Shown here one piece after another: positions 9,515-19,157 of a stretch of DNA of 64,000 nt. The position numbers were made by a program, and so were the translations under genes. The DNA is taken from positions 70,644-134,643 of IMG/VR virus record IMGVR_UViG_3300013102_000003; one strand, written 5' to 3'. The notes under the pieces were generated by a model. The model had not been told where the DNA came from. It made no database searches and saw only the letters and a list, made by a program, of their open reading frames with translations. This DNA comes from a virus (Duplodnaviria; Heunggongvirae; Uroviricota; Caudoviricetes). How positions within the stretch are numbered: the stretch's first letter is position 1; each line of letters starts with the position of its first letter.

Positions 9515-9790
9515 ATGAAGACGACAATGAGCCGCGACGGAGAACGACGCACCAACCTCCGGGTCGAGTACCGGCTGGACAAGACACAGGTGGCGAACCT
9601 GCTGGCGATCTACGCCCTGACCTACGGCGAGATCGGTGAGGAACTGTCGGAGAAGAAGCTGCTGGAGATGGTCAAGAACCAGTTGACCTATCAGGGGCTT
9701 GATGTGCTGGAGTTCGGTGCCAACGTGGATGTCGATGACGAGACGCTGGACTGGGCCAAGGAGCAGGTCGGGAAGTACTGGAAGGCTTGA
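9515..9790 (+). CDS. hypothetical protein
   Basis: GAAGGA SD. Confidence 0.8.
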   Translation: MKTTMSRDGERRTNLRVEYRLDKTQVANLLAIYALTYGEIGEELSEKKLLEMVKNQLTYQGLDVLEFGANVDVDDETLDWAKEQVGKYWKA

Positions 9791-9830
9791 CAACGTAACC
9801 TGAGTCAGGTACTGTAGTCTATGTAAGCAA
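9787..9830 (+). promoter_or_regulatory. promoter, TACTGTAGTCTATGTAAGCAA class
   Basis: TTGACA 9787-92, TACTGT 9810-15. Confidence 0.7.
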
Positions 9831-9854
9831 CCGCAACGAACGAAGGAGCAGACC

Positions 9855-10304
9855 ATGAAACTCAAGCGCAAGAAGATCGGTGACCGGAGCTACCAGCTTG
9901 TCGATACCGCGACGGGCAAGGAGATCGGCACCGCAGCACAGACCGGGGAGCACGGGCGGGACAACTACCCGTGGGAGTGGAGCCTGTCTGATGACATGAT
10001 CTTCGGACGGCTGGACATGCGGACGGGGCACAGCGTGGAATCCCTCAGGGACGCCGTGGACATCATCGAGTCCGGTGCCAACACCTTCGGGCTGCTGAAG
10101 CCTGTCGGCCCTGTCAGCCCGTACGACATCAAGGAAGGTCAGGTCTTCCGCTACATGCACGGTGGACGCTACTACTTCTACCGGGCCACACAGGACGCCT
10201 ACGGCGAGTTCAACGCCTACATCCCATGCAACGACAGCCGGGGAGACCTGTCGGAGGTTCTGATCCCCCACGGTGCCACTGTCACCCTGTACGTGACCGC
10301 TTGA
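9855..10304 (+). CDS. hypothetical protein
   Basis: AAGGAG SD. Confidence 0.8.
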   Translation: MKLKRKKIGDRSYQLVDTATGKEIGTAAQTGEHGRDNYPWEWSLSDDMIFGRLDMRTGHSVESLRDAVDIIESGANTFGLLKPVGPVSPYDIKEGQVFRYMHGGRYYFYRATQDAYGEFNAYIPCNDSRGDLSEVLIPHGATVTLYVTA

Positions 10305-10336
10305 CACGGAGAGCGCTACACACCTAGGATGGTGCC

Positions 10337-10681
10337 ATGCCGTACAAGAATGAGAAGCCGGGGAACTACATCAAGCCCAAGGACGACCGGCGACGGAAGC
10401 TGAGCGAGGCGGACAAGGACCGGATACGGGAACTGTACAAGCTCCCCGACTGGTCACAGCGCCGCCTCGCAGGGGAGTTCAAGGTGAGCCGCAGGCTGAT
10501 CCAATTCGTCATCGACCCGGACAAGGAAGCCAGAAACAAGGAAGCCTTTGCCGAACGTCAAAAGGACGGACGCTACTACGACCGCAAGACGCACACCGAG
10601 GCCGTCAAGAAGACACGCCGACACCGGCAGGAACTCTACCTCAAAGGTGAATTGGAGATTCCACTTGACACGGAGGACTAG
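10337..10681 (+). CDS. helix-turn-helix DNA-binding protein (leaderless)
   Basis: KLSEADKDRIRELY...SQRRLAGEFKVSRRLIQFVI. Confidence 0.7.
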   Translation: MPYKNEKPGNYIKPKDDRRRKLSEADKDRIRELYKLPDWSQRRLAGEFKVSRRLIQFVIDPDKEARNKEAFAERQKDGRYYDRKTHTEAVKKTRRHRQELYLKGELEIPLDTED

Positions 10682-10733
10682 GTATCATAGACTATCTACG
10701 TAAGCAACCGGAAGATAAGAAAAGGAGCAGACA

Positions 10734-11156
10734 ATGACTCAGTTCAACGCAGGAGACAAGGTACGCATCAACGAGGGCCTGCTGGAAGGGCAGACCGGAA
10801 CCGTCGTGAAGTGGGGTCCACATGTGACACTCGTGAGCCTTGAGGACGAGGCCTTTGGCGGCGGGTCGCTGACCTTCTACACCGAGACACTGGTGAGCGC
10901 TGACGAGGACCACGCTGCACTGGCGCACCTGAAGGGCCTGTACCCTGACTTCCTGAAGGCCCCGAAGTCGGACAAGTACCGGTTCCGGCTCACCACGTAC
11001 GTGCACGGGGTCTTCTACGTGTCAGTTCCGATGGACGCCCGGATGCTGGTCCGTGCACTGCAAACGCCTCCTGCCGGTCTGGAGAGGGTAGAGTTCATGC
11101 TGAGGCAGGATGACCCCTCGCGGGGGCTGGCATGGAAGATGCTTTGGACTGAGTAG
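10734..11156 (+). CDS. KOW-motif protein
   Basis: FNAGDKVRINEGLLEGQTGTVV. Confidence 0.75.
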   Translation: MTQFNAGDKVRINEGLLEGQTGTVVKWGPHVTLVSLEDEAFGGGSLTFYTETLVSADEDHAALAHLKGLYPDFLKAPKSDKYRFRLTTYVHGVFYVSVPMDARMLVRALQTPPAGLERVEFMLRQDDPSRGLAWKMLWTE

Positions 11157-11200
11157 TTGACATGGCGGGCGTAAGCCTGTACTGTAGTGTATGTAAGCAG
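11157..11200 (+). promoter_or_regulatory. promoter, TACTGTAGTGTATGTAAGCA class
   Basis: TTGACA-17-TACTGT. Confidence 0.7.
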
Positions 11201-11226
11201 GACACCGACAAGCAAAGGAGAAGGAC

Positions 11227-11646
11227 ATGAGCTTCAAGGAAAATGATCGAGTCAGGATTATCGCCAAGACCCACAGCAAGTTCGGGGAACTGGGGACCGT
11301 GAACCGCATCTACACGGATGGCGGGTGTCTTGTGCAACTGGACACTGGAAACCGGTCCGCGTTCTTCAAGGATGAATTGGAAATCGCGGACGAGAAGCGC
11401 GAGGCGCTGATCGAACTGGCCGAGACGCTGGACAAGGCACGGCTTCAGGCCAACGCCATCGATGAACTCGTCATCCAGTCCCAGCGCGGAGTCTACGGCA
11501 CAATCGCCCTCTCCCTGCACGACACTCTGGAGCAGATCATCGGGGCCGGTTATGACGCCACCCGATACGCCCACGCTGACAGGGTGTACGATTCGATCCT
11601 TGACGGCAACACCGTCCGTGAAGCACTCAAGGCGGTGGGGAAGTGA
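11227..11646 (+). CDS. KOW-motif protein
   Basis: FKENDRVRII...FGELGTV. Confidence 0.75.
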   Translation: MSFKENDRVRIIAKTHSKFGELGTVNRIYTDGGCLVQLDTGNRSAFFKDELEIADEKREALIELAETLDKARLQANAIDELVIQSQRGVYGTIALSLHDTLEQIIGAGYDATRYAHADRVYDSILDGNTVREALKAVGK

Positions 11647-11846
11647 AACGCACCAAGGCTCAACGACGGTGGAGGCGCAAAGGCTACACCCATGAAGCGG
11701 CTTACTGGTCCGGTCGGGGAAAGCCATGGAACTTCATCCTAGTGCTTCGACCGACCTCAGCGAAGTACTTCCGGAAACACCAGATGGACGATGACTGGAT
11801 TCGTCCCATTGCGCCGCAGTTCATCCACAAGGGGCGCAAGCCCTAG
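11643..11846 (+). CDS. basic hypothetical protein
   Basis: GTGA overlap. Confidence 0.65.
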   Translation: MKRTKAQRRWRRKGYTHEAAYWSGRGKPWNFILVLRPTSAKYFRKHQMDDDWIRPIAPQFIHKGRKP

Positions 11847-11890
11847 TTGACACCTAGCCTTGGCTGGTGTACTGTAGAGTATGTAAGCAA
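11847..11890 (+). promoter_or_regulatory. promoter, TACTGTAGAGTATGTAAGCAA class
   Basis: TTGACA-17-TACTGT. Confidence 0.7.
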
Positions 11891-11916
11891 GACACCGACG
11901 AGGTAAGGAGAAGATC

Positions 11917-12270
11917 ATGAGAGCATTTGAAGACGGAGAGCGCGTCCGGTTCGTGGGGGTCGAAGGGCTGCATACGAAATGGACGGGACGAGAAGGTGTG
12001 GTGACTGACAGCTACCGGGACTTCGACGGCAACCGTGCTGAGGTTCGGTTCGACGGGGAGACCAAGTCTGTCTCATTCGATGAGGACGACTTGGAGGCGG
12101 TAAAGTCCACGTACGAGATCGAGATGGCGGCAGAGGACTCGACGTACGCCACCATGGAACTGACCGACACCGAGGCCGCTGTCCTGCTCCGGCTGGTCTC
12201 GGAGTTCGCTGTAGCCCATGACCCGAACCGGTACCAGCCGACCATGACGATGAAGAAGGTGGAGAAGTGA
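11917..12270 (+). CDS. KOW/SH3-like protein
   Basis: FEDGERVRF...GREGVV. Confidence 0.75.
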   Translation: MRAFEDGERVRFVGVEGLHTKWTGREGVVTDSYRDFDGNRAEVRFDGETKSVSFDEDDLEAVKSTYEIEMAAEDSTYATMELTDTEAAVLLRLVSEFAVAHDPNRYQPTMTMKKVEK

Positions 12271-12656
12271 TCGACGCAGAGAAGCTGAAGGACATCCGGG
12301 AGGAATCCGTGAAGGTGGTCGGAGGCTACGGAAACAACTGGTCCTCAGGGTACGTGCGGAACAGGGCCGCGATTACGCTGGAACTGCTGGACGAGATCGA
12401 CGGGCTGAAGAGTGAGCTTGACCGCTGGAAGGGTCTGCTCAAGGATCTCCCCTTCAAGGAAGGGGACGTGGTCCGCGAGGTCGGGGAGGAAGAGCCGACC
12501 GGGGAAGTCATCGAGGTCAAGGTGGTCAACGACGAACAGGCCCTCAAGGTGAGGCTCTTTGAGCCGGTACCGCGCTGGGACGGAACCGTCCGGAAGACCA
12601 TCACGTACTACGAGGATGAGATCGAACTGATCGAAAGGCCGCATCATGGCAACTAA
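12267..12656 (+). CDS. protein with C-terminal KOW/SH3-like domain
   Basis: FKEGDVVRE. Confidence 0.75.
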   Translation: MIDAEKLKDIREESVKVVGGYGNNWSSGYVRNRAAITLELLDEIDGLKSELDRWKGLLKDLPFKEGDVVREVGEEEPTGEVIEVKVVNDEQALKVRLFEPVPRWDGTVRKTITYYEDEIELIERPHHGN

Positions 12657-12954
12657 CCTGACACTGGTGGAGTACACCTGTGACTGGAAGAACGAACTCG
12701 GAGAGGTGTGCGGGGAGGTGCAGAACGTCTCCGGAGCCGACCACGAGAAAGCCGCCCGAGATCTGGGCTGGGGCTGGTACGCCAACGCAGCCATCCGCTG
12801 GGAGCGGTGGGGGACCGGAGCCAAGTTGTGGTTCTGCCCCGTCCATGCTACAGTGTTCAGGAACAACCACGGCTGGGGAGGCCTTGAGGATTACGGCCCT
12901 CCGAACCGACCGGCAACCGGCTGGTGGAAGAGCTTCTTCAAGAAGCTAACATAG
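12646..12954 (+). CDS. hypothetical protein
   Basis: GAAAGG SD. Confidence 0.7.
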   Translation: MATNLTLVEYTCDWKNELGEVCGEVQNVSGADHEKAARDLGWGWYANAAIRWERWGTGAKLWFCPVHATVFRNNHGWGGLEDYGPPNRPATGWWKSFFKKLT

Positions 12955-12970
12955 ACTATAAGGAGATAAC

Positions 12971-13318
12971 ATGAGCTTCAAAGATGATGCAACGGCGTTC
13001 CTGTTGCAGAAGGGTCAGTTGACCGAGCAAGGCGAATGGGTGTGGGGCTGGCGTGCCGGTAGCGGGGATGTCCGGTACAAGTACGACGGGCTGCACGTGG
13101 ACGGCTGTACGTGGGTTCCTACATCCGCAAGCACAATGGTCGAGCATGTCTACACGGAGTTCGAAGGGACGGACGTAGACAGCCAGCAGAAGACGCTCCT
13201 GTCGCTGACGCACGTGGACTGCATGTGCGGATTCATCAAGGACCGGATCATCGGAGTCGAGGGCGGGACCATGGAGCTTCTTCGGGAACTGCTGGGCATT
13301 GAGCGGGAGTGGCACTGA
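12971..13318 (+). CDS. hypothetical protein
   Basis: AAGGAG SD. Confidence 0.8.
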   Translation: MSFKDDATAFLLQKGQLTEQGEWVWGWRAGSGDVRYKYDGLHVDGCTWVPTSASTMVEHVYTEFEGTDVDSQQKTLLSLTHVDCMCGFIKDRIIGVEGGTMELLRELLGIEREWH

Positions 13319-13632
13319 TGCCTGAGGGAGTGAAGTGGCGCGGCAAGAGCGTCTATCAGGTGCTGTCCCGTCTCAAGGACGCGAGCAGGACGGAGGCGGC
13401 GCTGTTCCAGATGGCGCAGGCCGCTAAGGAACGCAGTGCCCGGTTGAAGCGGGAAGCCGCAGAGATTCTTGTGGGGCTGGCCGATGAGCTACAGGGGCTT
13501 GCACCGGACATCCTGCACTTCGGAGGCTGGGCGTGCGAAGGATCACCGACCGACTACTGCATCTACAATGATGCCTTGGACTCGTGGCACGACCGCTGCC
13601 TGTTCTGCGGCGAACCCTCCGACAGGGGCTGA
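13318..13632 (+). CDS. hypothetical protein with C-terminal Cys cluster
   Basis: TGATG overlap; C..C..CxxC. Confidence 0.75.
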   Translation: MPEGVKWRGKSVYQVLSRLKDASRTEAALFQMAQAAKERSARLKREAAEILVGLADELQGLAPDILHFGGWACEGSPTDYCIYNDALDSWHDRCLFCGEPSDRG

Positions 13633-13673
13633 CCGAAATTGACACGGAGACGAAAGAAGGATAAGCTACAAGC

Positions 13674-14270
13674 ATGACTGAACCTACAGGATTTACACCG
13701 CACCAGATCGAGGCGCTGAATGCGCTGGAGGGCGAGTTCGGGCCGGTTGACCCGTACCTGCACAATGTCACCAGCGACGAACACGTGCACGGCCCGTACG
13801 GCTACCAGCACTGGATCACCCGGAGCCTGACGGATGCGCTGCGGACATGGGGGCAGTACAAGTACGCCATGACCGTGGACTGGGAAGAGAAGGCACGGCT
13901 GGACCGTGAAGCGCGGGAAGCTGCATGGGCCGAACGGTCCGTGGACAAGCGCGAGGCAATGATCCTGTCCTTCATGTCCGGACTGCTGCCGAAGATCAAC
14001 CGGTCGCTGGCAGATGCTCAGGTTGATCTTGAGACAAGCGAGGCGGTATTCGACCTCAGGGTGTCCGGCTGGAAGTACAGCATCAAAATGGGCTACACAC
14101 GGGAGACGTTCAAGCTGGAGACCTACATCTTCTCGGAAGGCATTGACGTGTTCAACGAGACGGAAGACCTGACACTGGTGCACGGCAACGCACGGCCACG
14201 GGACCAGATCAAGGGCTACGCGGCTGTCGTGGACTTCTTGGACGGCCACGGTATTGACACTCTGACCTGA
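13674..14270 (+). CDS. hypothetical protein (leaderless)
   Basis: TTGACA-17-TAAGCT, ATG 6 nt later. Confidence 0.8.
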   Translation: MTEPTGFTPHQIEALNALEGEFGPVDPYLHNVTSDEHVHGPYGYQHWITRSLTDALRTWGQYKYAMTVDWEEKARLDREAREAAWAERSVDKREAMILSFMSGLLPKINRSLADAQVDLETSEAVFDLRVSGWKYSIKMGYTRETFKLETYIFSEGIDVFNETEDLTLVHGNARPRDQIKGYAAVVDFLDGHGIDTLT

Positions 14271-14317
14271 GTGGTGTAGAGTATTAGCAAGTAAACAACT
14301 TCAACAGAAAGAGAAGC

Positions 14318-15010
14318 ATGACGACGTTCAACAAGGGTGACAAGGTACGCTACAGGCAGGTTCGGGGGTACGAGAATTGGGCCGGACTGGAAGGTGTGGT
14401 TGTGTCGCACGATCCCGTATCGCTTTTTGCTGACATCACCGTGACCAAGGACACGGGCCGGACAATGGGGACCTACACCGGACAGGCGGCAAGACTGCTT
14501 GCGGGAAACCTTGAACTGATCCCTGCCACTGCCCCGCTGGCTATGGGCGACAAGGTCCGGGTCAACGAACTTCCGCGTGAGGTGAAGCTGGAAGAGATCC
14601 GGGTCGGGGACCGGATTCGGGTGACCTACGATGAGGAGTCAGCGACCTACGGGGATGTCACCGAGACTGCTGCCGGAGTTGTGCGCGAGGGTACGGTGCA
14701 CTCCATCACGGGCGGGAACAAGTTCGACTCCAAGCTGGGCTACCGCATCAACCCCTACCGGAACGGCCATGAGATCACGTACGAGCTTCTGGAGCGCCCT
14801 GCCCCGGAGCCGGTACTCACGACAGCTACCGCCGAGGTCGGGACGCAGTTCAGGACCAGCCACGGCCCCGTGGGGAAGCGCCTGCTGACGAAGGTCGCGG
14901 AAGACACGTGGTCCGACTTCTTCCTCACCACAGAAGCGGTATTCAAGGCGAATGACCGGACCGCACAGAACGCCTTTGACGACCGTGGCGGGGAATGGCT
15001 GGAGGTCTGA
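14318..15010 (+). CDS. multi beta-barrel domain protein
   Basis: FNKGDKVRY; IRVGDRIRV...YELLERP. Confidence 0.8.
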   Translation: MTTFNKGDKVRYRQVRGYENWAGLEGVVVSHDPVSLFADITVTKDTGRTMGTYTGQAARLLAGNLELIPATAPLAMGDKVRVNELPREVKLEEIRVGDRIRVTYDEESATYGDVTETAAGVVREGTVHSITGGNKFDSKLGYRINPYRNGHEITYELLERPAPEPVLTTATAEVGTQFRTSHGPVGKRLLTKVAEDTWSDFFLTTEAVFKANDRTAQNAFDDRGGEWLEV

Positions 15011-15315
15011 TGGATGGCGCGAAGCTGGATGAACTGGACAAGCTGTTGGAAGGCCAGCGGGGTTCCCGAACCTACTTCGAAAAGATGGGCTGGGGAGAGT
15101 CCGTAGAGGGTATGACTCCGGGAGTCGAGGCGCTGGAATGGGCCATTGCCGAGCTTGACCGGCTCCAGAAGATGGAGGCGAGGGTCCGCAGGCTTGCCCT
15201 GCAACTGCACGACCCGTCCGTGATCCAGCACTCATTCCACATCGGGAGTGACCCGGAACTGGATACACAGAAGGTATGGATCGCCGCCCGGATTCGGCAG
15301 GCACTGGATGGCTGA
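15010..15315 (+). CDS. hypothetical protein
   Basis: TGATG overlap, GGAGG SD. Confidence 0.75.
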   Translation: MDGAKLDELDKLLEGQRGSRTYFEKMGWGESVEGMTPGVEALEWAIAELDRLQKMEARVRRLALQLHDPSVIQHSFHIGSDPELDTQKVWIAARIRQALDG

Positions 15316-15526
15316 GTACAGCGAGGCACCGGACGGACAGCCAACCGAGAACATTAGGATTCAGCTAATGACGGCTGAGCAGGAGTTGAACGGGGCACGG
15401 CTCTGGCGGGACAGGTGCGAGAAACAACTAGCGTCGGCGGACTGGATGCTGGACAGCCGTGGTGAATCTGTGGACCGGCTGAAATGGCAACTGGAACAAC
15501 GCCGTAAGCGGGACGGAGAAGGATAG
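15308..15526 (+). CDS. coiled-coil hypothetical protein
   Basis: overlapping ORF. Confidence 0.65.
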   Translation: MAEYSEAPDGQPTENIRIQLMTAEQELNGARLWRDRCEKQLASADWMLDSRGESVDRLKWQLEQRRKRDGEG

Positions 15527-15529
15527 GGA

Positions 15530-15563
15530 GAGAGCGCATGGCTTCGGCTGTGTGCTCTTTTTC
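15530..15563 (+). terminator. intrinsic terminator
   Basis: GAGAGCGCATGGC-TTCG-GCTGTGTGCTCTT+TTT (UUCG loop). Confidence 0.75.
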
Positions 15564-15608
15564 TGTATCCGGCTTGATTTGGTGGCGGGGCTAGTGTAGG
15601 GTGAAGCC

Positions 15609-15914
15609 ATGAGCAAACAACGATGCAGCACCACCTACAACATTGGTTCCGGACTGATCTACCAGTGCCGCCTGACGGAGAACCACAAGGGCGAACACTC
15701 AAACACGGGGATGAGGTGGGAGAACGTGTTGGAACCCTACAAGCCCTACGGGGTCTACGAGGACGCCACAGGGACTCTGTGGACTGTGGAGCCGCCCACC
15801 AAGAAGAACGCCCGGAGAGAGGCAGCACTGGTCGGGGAGGGGCACCGGGCCGTGCCCGTGAAGTGGGGCAGACAGTTGGCCGCTGCCTTCGTAGAAGGGC
15901 GCAACTATGACTGA
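15609..15914 (+). CDS. hypothetical protein (leaderless)
   Basis: TTGATT-17-TAGGGT, ATG 6 nt later. Confidence 0.7.
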   Translation: MSKQRCSTTYNIGSGLIYQCRLTENHKGEHSNTGMRWENVLEPYKPYGVYEDATGTLWTVEPPTKKNARREAALVGEGHRAVPVKWGRQLAAAFVEGRNYD

Positions 15915-16410
15915 GTGGACCGTGACGCCGGAACTGGGCATGAAGCGGCCATGCACACCGCAACGGATGCTTTGGGTTGCGCGCTTCAATGGTGTAGTGT
16001 ATGGTAAGAGGTACCGGTCACAGGGCAAGGCAGAGCGCTTTGTCACAAGAATGAAGGAGGCGGCAATGGCACAGTTTGAGAGCGAGAAGTTCAACGTGGT
16101 ATGGTTTGAGAACCTGACGGATCACGTCGAGACGATGGCACGGGAGGCCTATGAGGGCGGCGTGCGGGATGCAGCCGTGGAGGCCGCAGATGCCATGGTG
16201 CTGGCGGCGGCAGAGATCAGACGGCTACAGGGCATCGAGACCCGGCTGCTGGATCTCATGGCCCACAAGCGGGCGCAGATTACCAAGGACCGCGCAACGG
16301 CTGCTGAACAGGGCGAAAGTTGGCTGGGAGTCAACACGCATACGATTGCAGCAAACCTGCTGGATGGGGAACTACAGAATCTGGAAAGGGTACACAATGG
16401 CACTCAGTAA
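15907..16410 (+). CDS. hypothetical protein
   Basis: overlapping ORF; true start may be internal. Confidence 0.65.
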   Translation: MTEWTVTPELGMKRPCTPQRMLWVARFNGVVYGKRYRSQGKAERFVTRMKEAAMAQFESEKFNVVWFENLTDHVETMAREAYEGGVRDAAVEAADAMVLAAAEIRRLQGIETRLLDLMAHKRAQITKDRATAAEQGESWLGVNTHTIAANLLDGELQNLERVHNGTQ

Positions 16411-16582
16411 GAACAAGGCAGTACGGGCAGCGTATGAGGCGGGCACGTACACGAGCGCTGACGGGAACGTGTGGCGTCGGGGCATGGACGGATGGTTCCT
16501 CGAAGGCGTGGACTACACCTTCCTCGTGCGCCACCACGAGATGGTCGAGATGATGGAGAAGGCGCACCCGGAAGATGACTGA
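16397..16582 (+). CDS. hypothetical protein
   Basis: GAAAGGG SD. Confidence 0.7.
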   Translation: MALSKNKAVRAAYEAGTYTSADGNVWRRGMDGWFLEGVDYTFLVRHHEMVEMMEKAHPEDD

Positions 16583-16736
16583 TCTGGACGACATCCGGTG
16601 GGGCGTATGGTACCACGGAGTCTACGAGTATGAGTCGGAGGCTGAAGCCAGACACCAACTCAACCTAGCTCAGATGGATGTACCGGCATACCTCGTCAAG
16701 AAGGTTGATGACGGGGAATGGGTGCACACAGATTGA
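16575..16736 (+). CDS. hypothetical protein
   Basis: 53 aa overlapping ORF. Confidence 0.65.
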   Translation: MTDLDDIRWGVWYHGVYEYESEAEARHQLNLAQMDVPAYLVKKVDDGEWVHTD

Positions 16737-16798
16737 CACGGAGGCTGGCCTAGGCTAGTCTTGCAGCAAGCAAACAACATAGACTATAAGGAGAAGAC

Positions 16799-17092
16799 AT
16801 GACACCGGAAGAACATGCAAAGGACTTGGAAGCGCGGGGCTACGCGTTCTGCGGCTCACACAAGGATTCGACAAAGGACCCGAACTACCGGCTTGCCATC
16901 GGGGACCGTGTCCGCAAGCGCAACCAGCACTTCGGCTACGAGACCGGAACCGGAACCATCGAGGCTATCTATTACAAGGAACGTAGCGCGTGGGCACAGA
17001 AGTACAAGTCGGATGACGTGGAGTTGATCGTGAAGAACGATGACGGCACGTACTCTTTCGTTGCCAACTACCACGTTTCGAAGGTGGGCTAA
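16799..17092 (+). CDS. KOW/SH3-like protein
   Basis: AAGGAG SD; LAIGDRVRK. Confidence 0.75.
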   Translation: MTPEEHAKDLEARGYAFCGSHKDSTKDPNYRLAIGDRVRKRNQHFGYETGTGTIEAIYYKERSAWAQKYKSDDVELIVKNDDGTYSFVANYHVSKVG

Positions 17093-17094
17093 CC

Positions 17095-17370
17095 GTGGAC
17101 GAGGACAGGCAACAGGCACTGCATGACAAGTTCCTCGCGGCACTGAACGTACCCCGGAAGTCGGGCCAGAGCATCGAGGACTACTATGACCAAGCCAACC
17201 GTGCATTGGACGGGATCGAACTGGTGCTTGAGGTGCGCCGTCTCAATGAGCGTCTGGAGGCCGTGTGTGGCGTTGTGTCGGACGCGGACGCCTTCGACGG
17301 AGTGGTGGAAGCAAACAAGATTATGGAGGCCGTACGCGGCCCTGAGAGCAAGGTGGACTGGAATGATTGA
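17095..17370 (+). CDS. hypothetical protein
   Basis: packed ORF. Confidence 0.7.
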   Translation: MDEDRQQALHDKFLAALNVPRKSGQSIEDYYDQANRALDGIELVLEVRRLNERLEAVCGVVSDADAFDGVVEANKIMEAVRGPESKVDWND

Positions 17371-17560
17371 GGTAGGGGCTAAGGCCAAATTCGGTTACGG
17401 GGATCTGGTGCAGGGAGTCTTGGAAGGCGAAGTGATGCGCCGGGGCTACATCGTGGACATCGATGTGGACAGCCCGTGGCCGTACATGGTGCGGGACACT
17501 GCGGCTGAGTCGTGGGACGTGTTTGCTGAGGATGAACTGGAGGTCTGGGATGGGGCGTAA
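17363..17560 (+). CDS. SH3-like (HspQ/YorP-like) small protein
   Basis: KFGYGDLV...G.IVDI.....WPYMV..EDELE. Confidence 0.65.
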   Translation: MIEVGAKAKFGYGDLVQGVLEGEVMRRGYIVDIDVDSPWPYMVRDTAAESWDVFAEDELEVWDGA

Positions 17561-17732
17561 GAAGGCGGCTGTCGTGGCCGTGGAAGGACCTGTGGAGGCA
17601 CGTGAGCGGCTGGTGGCAGAGCTTCGGCTGTTCAACCACCGGGAAGCGGCTGACCTGCTGGAGGCGGACGGGTGGGTCCGGAAAGGACTGGGCATTCTGG
17701 CGGATTTTGCAGACAACAAGGAAGAAGGATAG
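17550..17732 (+). CDS. hypothetical protein
   Basis: GGAGG SD. Confidence 0.65.
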   Translation: MGRKKAAVVAVEGPVEARERLVAELRLFNHREAADLLEADGWVRKGLGILADFADNKEEG

Positions 17733-17735
17733 ACT

Positions 17736-17927
17736 ATGGCTGCATTCAATGTAGGGGACCGGGTTGAGACGCTGGTCGAGGTGTACCGGATCGCTGCTGG
17801 CGAGGTCGGGACGATTACGAACTACGACTCGTGGTCCGGAGAAGAGTACCCGTTTGTGGTGACACTGGACGACGGGCGGTCGGCTGCGTATACCGGTCGG
17901 AGTGAGCTTCGGAAGGTGGACGGCTGA
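17736..17927 (+). CDS. KOW/SH3-like small protein
   Basis: FNVGDRVET...GEVGTI. Confidence 0.75.
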   Translation: MAAFNVGDRVETLVEVYRIAAGEVGTITNYDSWSGEEYPFVVTLDDGRSAAYTGRSELRKVDG

Positions 17928-18208
17928 TGGCGTCTGCGGCGACTGAGGCGCTTGCGGAGATCAGGAGCCTGCTGCTGGAGTGTGGCCGTCCGGTCAAGGA
18001 CGAAGACTGGGACGGGGACTGGCGCGACTACGACTGGGATCACGTCGGGGCTGGCTGTCCGGGCTGGCAGATGACAGGGCAGTCGGAGTTGGTTGAAGCA
18101 CCTTTTGAGGGTGGTGTGCTGTTCATGCTCACGCACTGTCGGTGTGCCTGCCGGGTCCATCCGCACGTTACTGTCGGCTTGGAGGGAACACGCGGAGGGG
18201 ATTTCTGA
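17927..18208 (+). CDS. hypothetical protein
   Basis: TGATG overlap. Confidence 0.7.
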   Translation: MASAATEALAEIRSLLLECGRPVKDEDWDGDWRDYDWDHVGAGCPGWQMTGQSELVEAPFEGGVLFMLTHCRCACRVHPHVTVGLEGTRGGDF

Positions 18209-18744
18209 CCTCATTTTAGGTGTGATGAGGTACTTGGGTCATACTGTATAGGGTATGTGTGGAGGGTTGTGGCCGGAGAGGGCCAATCCTAATATAAATC
18301 TGAAACCGGGTGTTTTCGGTGCGTTTCGGAGTGCCGGAGGGGCGTGTGGGAAGCCGTCAGGTTGACACAGATTGACAGCAAAACGGTATGGTGGATTTCG
18401 GAGGGTGTCGGGGCGAGGGCAAAAAGTTCCCATTGGCGGGTTTTTTATTTCGCAGGTAGGACTGACTGGTTTCGGGCTTGGATGCCAGTGCTGGGGCGGA
18501 TCTTCTTCTTCTTCTTGGTTCTGAAATCCTAATATACTTCTCTATATGAGAGTCTATAGAGTTAAAAATAGGGGGTATATACCCCTACCTACCCTGTATT
18601 ACTCTTAAAAAATAGCCTCCCCGGCTCTCTTCTGGGGAACTTTATTCGAGAAGGGGTTTGCTGCGGAGGGTGTTCTTGGCTGGTGGTTTTGAGGGTGTTA
18701 TAGTCTAGTGTAGTACGGATTTGGCATGGGGGCATGGTCTGTGG
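18209..18744. other. long non-coding, partly AT-rich region with palindromes
   Basis: no convincing ORF; GGGGTATATACCCC 18572-18585; (TTC)n run. Confidence 0.6.
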
Positions 18745-18756
18745 TATAATAGAGGT

Positions 18757-19155
18757 ATGAACACGATGGAAACACTCACAACCCGCATCGGCAAGAAGTC
18801 CGTTGCCATTGACAAAGACAAGACTAAGGTCTCCAACCTCAAGGACCAGATCAACGTGTACTCCAAGGCCGTGATCCGGACCGAGGCCGACATCGAACAG
18901 AAGCAGCAGGAGCTTGATCTTCTTCTGGACCTGAAGGTCGAGGCTGACGGACTGCTCAAGGAACGTGACGCGCTTCAGGCTTACACGGATGCACTCGTGG
19001 AGAAGTTCGGATCGATCCCGTGGCGTCCCGGACAGCCGGAAGACGAGAAGATCGAATCGACGGACTACGCCGAGAAGGTTGCGGAACGGTTCGAGATCAA
19101 TGCGAGGCTTGCGGAGATTGAGACAGCAGCTAACAAGATCTACTACCGGAGGTAG
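18757..19155 (+). CDS. coiled-coil hypothetical protein (leaderless)
   Basis: GTGG-TATAAT 18745-50, ATG 6 nt later. Confidence 0.8.
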   Translation: MNTMETLTTRIGKKSVAIDKDKTKVSNLKDQINVYSKAVIRTEADIEQKQQELDLLLDLKVEADGLLKERDALQAYTDALVEKFGSIPWRPGQPEDEKIESTDYAEKVAERFEINARLAEIETAANKIYYRR

Positions 19156-19157
19156 TC

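Noticed and set aside
18239-18532. ORF-track ORFs in the non-coding block
   Set aside because: No SD, atypical composition, low-complexity translation.
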